Assembly: GCA_964551325.1 (NCBI GenBank)
Contig: CAZKBU010000008.1
Coordinates: 82-64,081 of the forward strand
Direction: 5' to 3'
Length of the DNA: 64,000 bases
From: an uncultured Bdellovibrionales bacterium
Lineage (GTDB): Bacteria; Bdellovibrionota; UBA1018; CAIPTA01
How positions within the stretch are numbered: the first letter of the stretch is position 1; every line of letters begins with the position of its first letter. Below are positions 32,596 through 42,135 of this stretch, in pieces. The translations under genes and the position numbers were made by a program. Below the pieces are notes generated by a model. That model made no database searches. It worked only from the letters and a program-made list of their open reading frames with translations, and was not told the DNA's origin.

Positions 32596-34236
32596 GGTGA
32601 GTGCCGCCGCTCGGAAAAGAGACCGAATTGGACGAAAAGCCCCCTGAACAAAACTAGATTCCAGCTCGATTTGATGAATTCCCAAATCCGGTCCCACGAA
32701 CCAAATCTTTTTGTTCCAAGCCACCGGATGGGACGCTAACCATCGACCGCTCATGGGAACAGAAGCGACAATACCCCCACCCGCGACATCGATTAAAAGC
32801 ATTTCCGCCACGTCATTGCGCGGCTTTGTGATCTGAGCCCAGATGGCTTCATCTGACTCATCCGGCGGATACAATATGGATCCTGGCGAACCCCAGAGAC
32901 GGCCGGGGTACTTATAGGAATGTTTATGAGCAAGATTCCCCTCAAGGTCACTCTTCAATAGATGGAACCGCCAATTTCCATCTGATTCGCCCGAAATCGC
33001 CACCAGCGCTCCCTCACCGTGCGCCCAGAGGCGTGGCGCACCAGAAAGGCTGCTGTTTAATTTCGTCCACCTGCGATCTTCAAGAACATCGTAGTGAAAT
33101 TTCGGATCTAAATTATTTCCGCCACGAATCATTCCTCCCTGAGTAGCAAACATCAGTAACAAACGATCCGAGAGATGAAGCCCCCCGAGCCATTGAGCCA
33201 CCGGCTTGCGAAATGAGTTCTCGCAAAAAAGATGGCGGTTCACTTCACCTTCAACCATAGGACGCAGAATCCAGCCCATCGGCTCCCATCGCCCGCCAAC
33301 ACGATCCATCCTTACATAAGAACAGCCAAAATTACGTTGGTCTGCTCCCATTGGCCCGGGACCACCAGCCGCCACAAGAAAATCGTTCTGCCCGTTGCTC
33401 GAAAGGAGAAACTCCGACACCTCAGCCGAGGACGCTTCAGCCCCCTCCGAGTTCAATCCCGCAATAGGCAAAGCACGAAGTATGGGCTTGTCTAGGTTCT
33501 CTATCAAGAGTATCCCGCCACGCGCACCGGGAGGCAGACTACCCAATCCATCGGGGGCGATTCTGGCCTCCGGGCCACAACCGATGGCGAGATAATCCCC
33601 TCGCTGCGACTTTGCAAACTGTACGCTCGTTCCGCAGCGACCCCACTCGTTTAAAAAATCTCTGCCGTGTTTTTGCCCAGAAAAAAGTGCACCAACTTCA
33701 AGGCGCATCCATTTCATTTTTCGAGTGGCCAGATCGATACGCCAGAGCCAGTTTGTGCTTTTTTCCCAACCGGTGTTCAATGCCCCCCAGATTGCTCCTC
33801 GCTCAAAGTCGAGCGCCATTCCTCCTGGACTCAGGTAGCTCGACGGATTTTTCCCATCGATAAATGGAAATTTTATATCGTGAAGGACCGAAAAATTCTC
33901 CCCGTCTAGCAGGATTAAACCCATCGTGGTTCGAACTGCCAGAATCGGAAGCTCACTCTTGCCATTTGGCTCGCGAAGAAAGCCTCGTGGGAATACGACT
34001 GGTGGTGTGGCCAAAACGCCACCCTCAGGATAGAGAACTTTCAGTTCCTTCACTCGAGACCACTTCCCTGAAGCACATGTCGGATACGATCCGGACCGAG
34101 GCCACACTCCCTCGCCCGAGGCAAGCGCCGGAATTTTCTCTGCCTTTGAACACGAAGATTGATGATCGAGATAGCCGGAACCCTGCCATCCGACCCATCC
34201 AATAAGCACTGCTACGAGGGTCATAAAAACTTTCAT
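32584..34236 (-). CDS. membrane-anchored hypothetical protein (W/G-rich, possibly beta-propeller)
   Basis: ATG 34236 forms an ATGA overlap with the upstream gene. N-terminal MKVFMTLVAVLIGWVGW anchor. 550 aa, no recognised motif. Confidence 0.5.
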   Translation of the reverse strand: MKVFMTLVAVLIGWVGWQGSGYLDHQSSCSKAEKIPALASGEGVWPRSGSYPTCASGKWSRVKELKVLYPEGGVLATPPVVFPRGFLREPNGKSELPILAVRTTMGLILLDGENFSVLHDIKFPFIDGKNPSSYLSPGGMALDFERGAIWGALNTGWEKSTNWLWRIDLATRKMKWMRLEVGALFSGQKHGRDFLNEWGRCGTSVQFAKSQRGDYLAIGCGPEARIAPDGLGSLPPGARGGILLIENLDKPILRALPIAGLNSEGAEASSAEVSEFLLSSNGQNDFLVAAGGPGPMGADQRNFGCSYVRMDRVGGRWEPMGWILRPMVEGEVNRHLFCENSFRKPVAQWLGGLHLSDRLLLMFATQGGMIRGGNNLDPKFHYDVLEDRRWTKLNSSLSGAPRLWAHGEGALVAISGESDGNWRFHLLKSDLEGNLAHKHSYKYPGRLWGSPGSILYPPDESDEAIWAQITKPRNDVAEMLLIDVAGGGIVASVPMSGRWLASHPVAWNKKIWFVGPDLGIHQIELESSFVQGAFRPIRSLFRAAALTSGN

Positions 34237-35534
34237 CGTTCGCCCCCCCACTTTACAGCAATTGTGCGATCCTCGATGCGACCGGATTCCCGAGAGGATC
34301 GACGCTTTAGGCGCCACATTCGCGCCAATTCCTTCACGATTTTCCGGCTCATGTGACGATACCCTGGACTATCTCCGTCCTCGGAAAAGATGCAATGGAC
34401 TTGATCTGAATACACTTGTTCACGGATCCCGGAAAATACTTCAAGCAAGCTTGAGGTGTTTACGCCCCTCTTTTCCGCCCGGGCTCGGGCTTGTTCCAGC
34501 CCAAGAATTACTTCCTTGTCGACATTCGGAACCGCTTTCCGCTCTTCGCTTGTCATCTCCTTCCCGATGAACGGAACAGGCTGCAAAAAGTGCGCGTGGC
34601 GAATTCCGTGAGCGTCGGAAATTCCCTTCAAGTTATAGAGATACTGTTCATATCGCGCATAGTTCCAATCCCGCTTTCGATCCTTTGACCAGTTCGCAGG
34701 AAGATCAAAGTGCTGCATCAAGGGGGCCATCGCCTCGCGAAATAAGGAGCTTCTGTCGAACCATCCAAGCGCCGCGTGAAATGCAGAATAAAAAAACACT
34801 GAGTTCTTTCGCCACGAACTCGTAGTGATCCAAACGCGAGCACGAGCCAGCCCGGCCATTATCTCCGCCACAAGCCAGCTATGACGGGGGCGTGTGGTCA
34901 TGAAGTAAGTGTTCAGATCGGGAGCGTATAGGGGGAATTCTGCAGTAATTCGATTTGCTTCATTATTGCCGTCCACAGCAACGACGGCATCCAAAGACGG
35001 ACCATGTAGCGCCAAAAAATTGATTTGGGCGGGGTAGTTCCATCCTCCGAGCGCTCCGGCCACCACGCGAAAGGGCTTTCCATTTGGGCTTTCAAAATTC
35101 TGATTCAGTTCCTCTTCAATCCAGCTGAGTCCAGTATGGAGGTGCCCCATAGCCAACTGTCCCGCTACAGATCCCCCCAGCACCGCTACTGTAAAATAGC
35201 TTTTGCTAAGGTTCGATCCAAGCGCCCAGCGTCCCAGGGTTCCGAGGTCATTGATGTGTCCCTGCGAGCAAGGCGAGGCCGAGTCAAGAAGATAGCCAAG
35301 CCAAGGGTGAGCACTCAGTGTCAGTCCAAATACACACCCAGAATCTCGCCGGGAAACCTCCTTCGTGTAGTGATTGGCTGTATTTTCCCAAAGACGAGCC
35401 GCGCCCTCCCGCTTCATCTCCGGCGACGCCATGATCCGCGCGCCGATCTCCAAAGTGCCGATCAAAACAGTCACGGCCAACGCCGCCGCCATGGCCGGAA
35501 AGAGCACTTTTTTAATGGGAAGATTCACCACCAC
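34233..35534 (-). CDS. membrane-anchored hypothetical protein
   Basis: N-terminal hydrophobic FPAMAAALAVTVLIGTL. 433 aa. GTG start at 35534 (an ATG at 35495 is also possible). No firm family assignment. Confidence 0.45.
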   Translation of the reverse strand: MVVNLPIKKVLFPAMAAALAVTVLIGTLEIGARIMASPEMKREGAARLWENTANHYTKEVSRRDSGCVFGLTLSAHPWLGYLLDSASPCSQGHINDLGTLGRWALGSNLSKSYFTVAVLGGSVAGQLAMGHLHTGLSWIEEELNQNFESPNGKPFRVVAGALGGWNYPAQINFLALHGPSLDAVVAVDGNNEANRITAEFPLYAPDLNTYFMTTRPRHSWLVAEIMAGLARARVWITTSSWRKNSVFFYSAFHAALGWFDRSSLFREAMAPLMQHFDLPANWSKDRKRDWNYARYEQYLYNLKGISDAHGIRHAHFLQPVPFIGKEMTSEERKAVPNVDKEVILGLEQARARAEKRGVNTSSLLEVFSGIREQVYSDQVHCIFSEDGDSPGYRHMSRKIVKELARMWRLKRRSSRESGRIEDRTIAVKWGGER

Positions 35535-35575
35535 AATCTACGATTGGAACAGCTCACGCGCAAAGGAGCAGTGCA

Positions 35576-36619
35576 TTGGGGAAGTGGTTTCGCAGGGGAG
35601 CTTGGCTCTTAGCTTGGACGGGGGTGTCCCTTTTGGGGGCTGAGACGGGTGTTCGCCTCGCCTTCGGCCCTCGACTTCAGATTATTGCACCTGATCCTAT
35701 GCTGGGCTGGCGAATGAAGCGCAACGCCGATTTCCGGGGCAGTCTCCACACCAATTCCTCCGGATTCCACGACCGTGAGCACAACTCGTCCACCGCAAAG
35801 CCACGGGTGGTGGTGATCGGCGACTCCTACGTGGCCGGCCTGGCCATGAAACGAGAGGAGCTTCTCCACTCACGTCTGGAGTCGAACCTCGGTAACGCAG
35901 AGGTGATCGCGGCCGCATCCCCCGCCTGGAGCACAGGGCAACAGCTGATCTGGTGGGAAGAAGAAGGTGCTGGTCTCGGCGCGCGGGCGGTCGTTCTTCT
36001 GGTGGCTCCCAACGACATTCGAGAATCCTTTGCCAACGGCTTTCACCGTATCGACGAGCGAGGTGCACTGGCTCGGAATTCGCCCAGGTCGATTTCGTGG
36101 CTATCCCAGGTTCATTGGTTTCTCCTAAATCACTCCACAGTTGCCAATCACTTGAGCGACCTTTGGTCCACCAACAACGCGTTCGCCCTCGTGCGCCGCC
36201 ATTGGCCATTTACCTTCACCACCGAATACGGCACCTGTCAGGATGAGGACCTGTTTCGTCGTCAACCGGCCAAAGAGGTGCTAGCGGCTCAGGAGTTTTT
36301 TGCCCAAGAGCTCTCGGCCTTTCAAGCGGCCGTGAAGTTGAGCGGCGCCCGTTTGCTCGTGGCGGTGCTACCCACGAAAACAGAGTGGGAAGACCCGGTG
36401 GCCCGAGGGTCCAATTACCGGCCGGGCCGAGTGGCGGAGTGGGTGAATCAAACGGCAAAGAACCTGGGCATCGAGGTGGTGGACCTCACGGGCCCCGCTT
36501 TGAAAACGTTGAAGAAGGAAAACCTCTTTCTCCACGACGACTATCATTTCAGCGCCGCGGGACACGATTGGGTAGCTCGAATGCTCACTCAGAGGGTAAA
36601 CGCCCTGGTTCGCCCCTAA
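35576..36619 (+). CDS. SGNH/GDSL-family hydrolase or acyltransferase
   Basis: TTG start 7 nt after AAGGAG. Block I VVVIGDSYVAG and block V DDYHFSAAGH (DxxH). N-terminal anchor. Confidence 0.7.
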   Translation: MGKWFRRGAWLLAWTGVSLLGAETGVRLAFGPRLQIIAPDPMLGWRMKRNADFRGSLHTNSSGFHDREHNSSTAKPRVVVIGDSYVAGLAMKREELLHSRLESNLGNAEVIAAASPAWSTGQQLIWWEEEGAGLGARAVVLLVAPNDIRESFANGFHRIDERGALARNSPRSISWLSQVHWFLLNHSTVANHLSDLWSTNNAFALVRRHWPFTFTTEYGTCQDEDLFRRQPAKEVLAAQEFFAQELSAFQAAVKLSGARLLVAVLPTKTEWEDPVARGSNYRPGRVAEWVNQTAKNLGIEVVDLTGPALKTLKKENLFLHDDYHFSAAGHDWVARMLTQRVNALVRP

Positions 36620-36633
36620 CACCTTACCTGCTA

Positions 36634-36788
36634 AAAGCTGGCCTACTTGCGTGTTGTTGGCCAACAAGTTTTCCCGAGAAATCCGGCAACTTGCCGACCG
36701 TTGGTTCAGATTCTGTGCCGAACTTCTGTTTTCACTATTCATTTCAACACAATTGGAGGCCCCAACAACACGCAAGTAGGCCAGCTCA
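36634..36788. mobile_element. MITE-like element: 25-bp terminal inverted repeats, 9-bp target-site duplication
   Basis: AGCTGGCCTACTTGCGTGTTGTTGG (36636-36660) is the exact reverse complement of CCAACAACACGCAAGTAGGCCAGCT (36762-36786). TACCTGCTA occurs at 36625-36633 and again at 36789-36797. No ORF of coding quality lies inside. Confidence 0.65.
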
Positions 36789-36856
36789 TACCTGCTACCG
36801 GTGGCAACCCGGCCAACATCGGTGGCAGAATCTTTCGAATCGCGGATAATAAGAGA

Positions 36857-37474
36857 ATGACGCAGCAGCCACTCAAGCAGTGGATCTACAACCTGATTCC
36901 CTATGCGATATTCCTTTTCTGCTCGCTATGGATCTGCAACACCTTTCTCACCTGGGTGGAAACGCGCCAGGGCGTGCAAATTGCCGATCCGCTCCTCCAA
37001 ATGCTTCCCACGATCCGCACCGATGCGATTCTCTTTCTCTTCGTTTATTCCGCGGTGTTCGCAGCGATCTACGACAACTTCCGTCGCCCCGACTTCTGCC
37101 ACGCCATGGAGAGCTACGCCTGGATGATTCTCTTGCGCACGCTGGCGATGTGGCTTCTTCCGCTCGATCCGCCCGCCGACATGATTGTGCTCCGTGATCC
37201 ACTGGTGGAGTTTGTGGGCGATTCCCGAGTGCTTACCCGCGATCTCTTCTTCTCCGGACATACGGCCACGAGCTTTCTGATGTATCTACACACGAAGCAC
37301 AAACACCTTAAGACAATGATCGGTGCCTTCGTGGTCATCATTGCCGTGGGAGTGCTTCTCCAGAAGGTACACTACGCGATCGACGTGCTGGCCGCGCCAT
37401 TTTTTGCTTACGGTGCGTTTCGTTTTTCCGGCTGGCGCCGAAAATTCTTCCGAAACCTACGAATCATTTCCTAA
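36857..37474 (+). CDS. PAP2_C / sphingomyelin-synthase-like phosphotransferase
   Basis: About 6 TM helices. RDLFFSGHTATS and KVHYAIDVLAAPFFAY match the D3 (SGHT) and D4 (HYxxDV) motifs of the SMS/PAP2_C family. ATG 36857 is preferred over the TTG at 36647, which lies inside the MITE. Confidence 0.65.
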   Translation: MTQQPLKQWIYNLIPYAIFLFCSLWICNTFLTWVETRQGVQIADPLLQMLPTIRTDAILFLFVYSAVFAAIYDNFRRPDFCHAMESYAWMILLRTLAMWLLPLDPPADMIVLRDPLVEFVGDSRVLTRDLFFSGHTATSFLMYLHTKHKHLKTMIGAFVVIIAVGVLLQKVHYAIDVLAAPFFAYGAFRFSGWRRKFFRNLRIIS

Positions 37475-38211
37475 CGAAGCTGCTTTGCCGCGCGAGAATC
37501 CACTGTTGCTGATGTGGCGGAATACACGGCCAACATCGTGGGCAGAAGAAATCCTGCATACTCGAACTTCGCGTAGACGAATGCCCCCACAAATCCACCA
37601 ACCGTGAAGCTCAGGATCGTGCCGATCCGGAGGAATGTGCCACGAGCCTCCGCGGCTTCGTCTTCCGCGTGCCGCTGATGCTTTCTCCACCAGCGCACGA
37701 TCCCAAGACCGAGATCAGTGGTGATGCCCGTGAGGTGAGTAGTCCGCACTGTGGCTCCAGAAGCAGATGTAATGGCAGCGTTTTGCAGTCCACAGGCGCC
37801 GCAAAGCGCCGCAAGAAGAATGAAATCATGCTCCATTCTCGCCTCCCACCCAAAAGTCCCGAAATATCCCGTGTGCCCGGCCCAGCTCACGAACAAGAGC
37901 AGCCCCGCCACGAGAAGCATCACCGGACCGTAGCGATAGCCGCGAGCGTAACGATCACTCTCGGTGATCAGCGCCGCAGTCACCACGCCCGCAAGGAAAA
38001 AGAAAGGAATTGCCAGCGCCCCCCCCATCTCGATCCACGCCCGCTCTTCGGCCGCCACACCGGCAAGTGTGGCAAAGCCGGTTACGTGGCTCACGAACCG
38101 ATGGCAAGCCATCCACCCGCCCACGTTCACGTTTCCGGCAAGAAAGGCCAGAAGGAACCACTCGAACCACGTCTTGCGGGATGGGTTGTCGGAGAGTCGA
38201 TGCTCAAACAT
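37471..38211 (-). CDS. YoaK/DUF1275-family membrane protein
   Basis: ...LLAFLAGNVNVGGWMACHRFVSHVTGFATL... and a later ...TTHLTGITTDLG... repeat are typical of DUF1275. Confidence 0.65.
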   Translation of the reverse strand: MFEHRLSDNPSRKTWFEWFLLAFLAGNVNVGGWMACHRFVSHVTGFATLAGVAAEERAWIEMGGALAIPFFFLAGVVTAALITESDRYARGYRYGPVMLLVAGLLLFVSWAGHTGYFGTFGWEARMEHDFILLAALCGACGLQNAAITSASGATVRTTHLTGITTDLGLGIVRWWRKHQRHAEDEAAEARGTFLRIGTILSFTVGGFVGAFVYAKFEYAGFLLPTMLAVYSATSATVDSRAAKQLR

Positions 38212-38256
38212 AAGGTGATTCTACCCCTCCGCCGCCCTCAGTGGTAGAAACTTCCC

Positions 38257-39531
38257 ATGAAGATCCTTCGCACGGCCGATGAACTGATTGCCCATGTTCC
38301 TGCTACTGGAACTCTCTTTCTTCACGGAGCGGCGGCCACACCGCTTCCCCTTGTGAAGGAGTTGGTAAACCAAGCGGATCGCTTCAAAAATCTGGAAATC
38401 ATTCACCTGCACACCTCGGGACCGGGGGAATATGCCGATGCCAAATTTGCCGGACATTTCAGAGTTACGAATCTTTTTGTGGGCGAAAATATGCGTCGCC
38501 ATTTCGACTACGACCGGGTGGACTACCTCCCCTGCTTCCTCTCTGAAATGCCGTCGCTGTTCCGGAGGGGCTTAAAAAAACTCGACGTGGCGCTCGTGCA
38601 GGTTTCGCCACCCGACTCCCACGGCTTCTGCTCCCTGGGGACCAGCGTGGATGCGGCGCGCGCGGCGGTTGAGGCGGCGGATCTCGTGCTGGCACAGATC
38701 AATCCGCGCATGCCACGCACCCTGGGCGACGGTGTGGTTCCCGTGGACGCAATTCACTTCGCCGTTGAAATCACCCACGAGCTTCCAGAAAGCCGATGCG
38801 CCGCCGCTGATGCGGTGGAAAACAAAATCGCTCAGCAGGTGGCGGGCCTGATCGAAGACGGTTCTTGCCTGCAAATGGGAATCGGCGCCATTCCCGACGC
38901 GGTTTTGGCCGCGCTAAAAAATCACCGCCACCTAGGCGTGCATACGGAAATGTTTTCAGATGGCGTGCTTCCCCTGGTGGACTGCGGGGCTATCGATAAC
39001 TCACGAAAAGTAAACCATCCGGGAAAGATCGTGGGAAGTTTTGTGACCGGGTCGAGGAAACTCTTCGACTTTGTGCACGATAATCCGGCCACTCTGCTCC
39101 TAGAGGCGGGTTATGTGAACAGTGTTCACAACATTGCCAGAAATCCACTTGCCGTGGCGATCAACTCGGCAGTGGAAGTGGACCTTACCGGCCAGGTTTG
39201 TGCCGATTCAATCGGGTCGCGCATCATCAGCGGCGTGGGCGGGCAAATGGACTTTATCCGCGGCGCAACGATCTCTGAAGGTGGCAAGGCAATCATCGCC
39301 CTCACAAGCCGAACCAAGAAAGGGTTCCCGCGCATCGTGCCGCAACTCAAGCTCGGTGCGGGGGTGGTCACAACCCGGGCCCACGTGCACTATGTGGTTA
39401 CGGAACACGGAGTGGCCGATCTCTACGGAAAAACAATCGGCGAGCGCGCGAAGGCCTTGATCAGTATTGCTCATCCCGACGACAGAGCGTCGCTGGATCG
39501 CACCTGGCACGAGCTGATTAAAAAGGTTTAA
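38257..39531 (+). CDS. acetyl-CoA hydrolase/transferase family protein (4-hydroxybutyrate CoA-transferase-like)
   Basis: 424 aa. ...LQMGIGAIPDAVL...HTEMFSDG...VNSAVEVDLTGQV...SGVGGQMDF... follow the family motifs. Confidence 0.8.
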   Translation: MKILRTADELIAHVPATGTLFLHGAAATPLPLVKELVNQADRFKNLEIIHLHTSGPGEYADAKFAGHFRVTNLFVGENMRRHFDYDRVDYLPCFLSEMPSLFRRGLKKLDVALVQVSPPDSHGFCSLGTSVDAARAAVEAADLVLAQINPRMPRTLGDGVVPVDAIHFAVEITHELPESRCAAADAVENKIAQQVAGLIEDGSCLQMGIGAIPDAVLAALKNHRHLGVHTEMFSDGVLPLVDCGAIDNSRKVNHPGKIVGSFVTGSRKLFDFVHDNPATLLLEAGYVNSVHNIARNPLAVAINSAVEVDLTGQVCADSIGSRIISGVGGQMDFIRGATISEGGKAIIALTSRTKKGFPRIVPQLKLGAGVVTTRAHVHYVVTEHGVADLYGKTIGERAKALISIAHPDDRASLDRTWHELIKKV

Positions 39532-40667
39532 TCCCTCGAAAGCTCGCGGGAAATGATGATTCGCTGAATCTCGTTGGTGCCCTCATAGATCTGCAGCACT
39601 TTGGAATCGCGATAGAGCTTTTCTACGGAATACTCCGGCGAGTAGCCCATACCACCGTGGACCTGCACCGCCTCGTTGGCGCAAAACACAGCGGCGTCGG
39701 CGGCAAAGGTTTTTGCCATCGATGCCATCATCGTGTTCGGTAGGTCGTGATCTAGGAGACAGGCGCTCTTGTAGGTAAGAAGGCGAGCCGCCTCCGTGCG
39801 CATCGACATTTCGGCAATCTTCGCCGCCACAAGCTGATGGGAGACAATCGGCTTCCCTTTCGATTCGCGGGTCTTGGCATACTTCAACGATTCGTCCACG
39901 CACCGTTGGGAAATCCCCACTCCGAGGGCGGCCACCATCGGGCGCGACCGATCAAAAACTTTCATCGCAATCAGAAAGCCCTGCCCCTCAGCGCCCAATC
40001 TCTGAGAGTCCGGTACCTCAACATTTTCGAGAAAGATCTCGCAGGCGGGAAATGCCTTCTGCCCCATCTTTCCCAGCGGGTTTCCAATCTTCAATCCCGG
40101 GGTGTTCCGTTCCACCAGGAAAGCGGTGATGCCGCGATTGCCAGCATTCGCATCTGTTTTGGCAAAGATGATGAAAAACGTTCCGACCGTGGAATTCGAA
40201 ATCCAAGTCTTGGCGCCGTTGATCGTCCAACGGTCACCCTTTTTTACGGCGGAGGTGGAAATCCCCCCCACATCACTCCCGGCTCCTGGTTCGGTGAGGC
40301 CGTAGCAACCCACCTCTCCCTTCACCAGACGACCAATATATTTTTTCTTCTGCTCCTCGGATCCGCCCACGAGCAAAACATCGGCGATCATCGAATTGAG
40401 ACTCATGGCCCCGGCGATAGCCGAGCACGCCCAAGCCAACTTTTCCGTGACCATTACGAAATCAAGATAACCGAGGCCGGGCCCCCCGTAGGCTTCCGGA
40501 ACGGGAAGGTTCATCAACCCGGCATCAATGGCCTTCTGATAAATGGCAGTGGGATACTCACCAGATTTTTCAAGCCTTTCCACATGGGGAAGGATTTCCT
40601 TGCGAGCAAATTCCGCGGCCAGCTGCTGAACCGCTTCTTGAGATTCCGTGAGTTGAGAAAAATTCAT
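39528..40667 (-). CDS. acyl-CoA dehydrogenase
   Basis: 379 aa. ...YGLTEPGAGSD..., ...GGMGYSPEYSVEKLYRDSKVLQIYEGTNEIQR... are canonical ACAD motifs. Confidence 0.9.
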   Translation of the reverse strand: MNFSQLTESQEAVQQLAAEFARKEILPHVERLEKSGEYPTAIYQKAIDAGLMNLPVPEAYGGPGLGYLDFVMVTEKLAWACSAIAGAMSLNSMIADVLLVGGSEEQKKKYIGRLVKGEVGCYGLTEPGAGSDVGGISTSAVKKGDRWTINGAKTWISNSTVGTFFIIFAKTDANAGNRGITAFLVERNTPGLKIGNPLGKMGQKAFPACEIFLENVEVPDSQRLGAEGQGFLIAMKVFDRSRPMVAALGVGISQRCVDESLKYAKTRESKGKPIVSHQLVAAKIAEMSMRTEAARLLTYKSACLLDHDLPNTMMASMAKTFAADAAVFCANEAVQVHGGMGYSPEYSVEKLYRDSKVLQIYEGTNEIQRIIISRELSRD

Positions 40668-41329
40668 CAGTTCTCCTTGGCGAGGGAAAGCGTCTCCTTC
40701 ACAAGGCTTTCAATGCCCTCGAAAACCTCGTGAAGTGCGGCGCCATCATACATGTAGGCCGGGGTCGAAACCACCTTGTGACGGCGGTCCACATGGCACT
40801 CACGGACCGTTTTCACCACGTGCCTCTGCCCGAGCTTTTCTATCTCTCCAGCCGCCTCACCGGCGGCCCCCAGGGTGAGCTCTACGCCTTTGCCGCGCAG
40901 CGCGAGGGCCACGATCGCGGGAGCGATGCACACCGCTCCCACAGGTTTACCGGAGTCGTGAAACTCATGGATTATCTTTTGCACAGCGGGATTTACACTT
41001 CCCTTCGACCCCTCAAAGGCAAAGGTGCAAAGATTCTTCGCCGCGCCGTATCCACCGGGAATCACCAAAGCCTGAAACCGGTCGGGACGTAGCTCGCTGA
41101 GTGGTGCCACCTTCCCTCGAGCGATACGGGCCGCCTCCACGATCTGGGAACGACTCTCTGTGGTGGCCTCTCCGGTGAGGCAATTTATTACGTCGTGCTG
41201 CTTTTCGTTGGGAGCAAAAATCTCCACCTCCGCTCCGTGCCGCGAAAGCGCCCAGAGCACCGCCACGCTTTCCCGAATTTCGCTTCCGTCTTTGAATCCA
41301 GACCCGCAAAGAATCACTGCAACCTTCAT
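40667..41329 (-). CDS. elbB: ElbB-like DJ-1/PfpI-family protein
   Basis: ATG 41329 follows AGGAGGAA, in an ATGA overlap with the upstream gene. MKVAVILCGSGFKDGSEIRESV...LVIPGGYGAAKNL...VCIAP matches ElbB. Confidence 0.75.
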   Translation of the reverse strand: MKVAVILCGSGFKDGSEIRESVAVLWALSRHGAEVEIFAPNEKQHDVINCLTGEATTESRSQIVEAARIARGKVAPLSELRPDRFQALVIPGGYGAAKNLCTFAFEGSKGSVNPAVQKIIHEFHDSGKPVGAVCIAPAIVALALRGKGVELTLGAAGEAAGEIEKLGQRHVVKTVRECHVDRRHKVVSTPAYMYDGAALHEVFEGIESLVKETLSLAKEN

Positions 41330-42111
41330 CGTTCCTCCTTCGGCTCGGTATCCTCGAAACAAAGGCCCTTCGGGCTGCCCGGAATCTGCCGCCATCCCTT
41401 GCCGCGCCGGCGACAATCTTCTGCGGTTTCACCCGGAGCCTTTGTTGCGGGCCCCAAGTCATTCAGTTCCAGATCCTGAAGAAAAGGCTTTCCGTCGTGA
41501 GGCAAAGGTCCCGAATCCGGCAATCCCGATTTTTTCTCCGAAGTGATCTCTCCCCACTCACGGGTTTTCACTTCCTTGTAGCTACCCTCCACAAAATCCG
41601 GGTCACGCCCAAACCAGGTGAGCCCTTCCAAAACATAAATCTTCGACGAGGAATCATTTTCCGCATGAGTGAAGATGAAATCGGTGCCCCGAACCGCCAT
41701 GGCTGCGATCTTTGTTTTCACCTTCAATTTCGGATCAGAGCCTTGGGCCGCTTTTTCAATCACTCCATGAATAGCTCCCTTGGTAAGTCCCACCACCCAG
41801 GTGGCCTGCTGGGTTTTCTGCGGCACTCTCGCTTCGAGCTTGATGTGGGTGTTTGGGCCGAGCCGCAGGAGCGAGCCGTCGTATTGCATGAGATCCAATC
41901 TCATACGCGCGCCGGTGCGCACTTCGTCGCCCACGAACAACTCGTCGCCCAGCTGGGCTTTCTGTTCCACCCCAGGTTTACGATAGCTCACGAAGGCAAC
42001 CTCGGAGGCTCCCTGAATCAATGATATCCGCATTCGATTGGAGGCCGCAGGCTTCAGCGAGGCAAGCGCGGAGGTACCAAGAACCAACGATAGGAGAATC
42101 CACTTAATCAT
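41326..42111 (-). CDS. FecR-domain secreted protein
   Basis: Signal peptide MIKWILLSLVLGTSALA. ...LGDELFVGDEVRTGARMRLDLMQYDGSLLRLGPNTHIKLE follows the FecR domain pattern. Confidence 0.6.
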   Translation of the reverse strand: MIKWILLSLVLGTSALASLKPAASNRMRISLIQGASEVAFVSYRKPGVEQKAQLGDELFVGDEVRTGARMRLDLMQYDGSLLRLGPNTHIKLEARVPQKTQQATWVVGLTKGAIHGVIEKAAQGSDPKLKVKTKIAAMAVRGTDFIFTHAENDSSSKIYVLEGLTWFGRDPDFVEGSYKEVKTREWGEITSEKKSGLPDSGPLPHDGKPFLQDLELNDLGPATKAPGETAEDCRRRGKGWRQIPGSPKGLCFEDTEPKEER

Positions 42112-42135
42112 GGATGAATTGTATGCCGAATCCCC

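Noticed and set aside
37471-39531. Convergent gene pairs whose stop codons overlap (CTAA at 37471-37474, TTAA at 39528-39531) with no terminator between them.
   Set aside because: This is a real observation, but it is common in compact GC-rich genomes. There is no evidence of a regulatory role from sequence alone.
39837-40733. 298-aa ORF antisense to the acyl-CoA dehydrogenase gene. Similar shadows are 19331..20101 (on nth), 30759..31661 (on radical SAM), 47252..48103 and 48210..49049 (on MoxR and AidB-like), 55709..56383 (on HAD), 12869..13567 (on virD4) and 28941..29723.
   Set aside because: In each case the opposite frame carries strong family motifs and the shadow ORF has skewed R/G/H composition.
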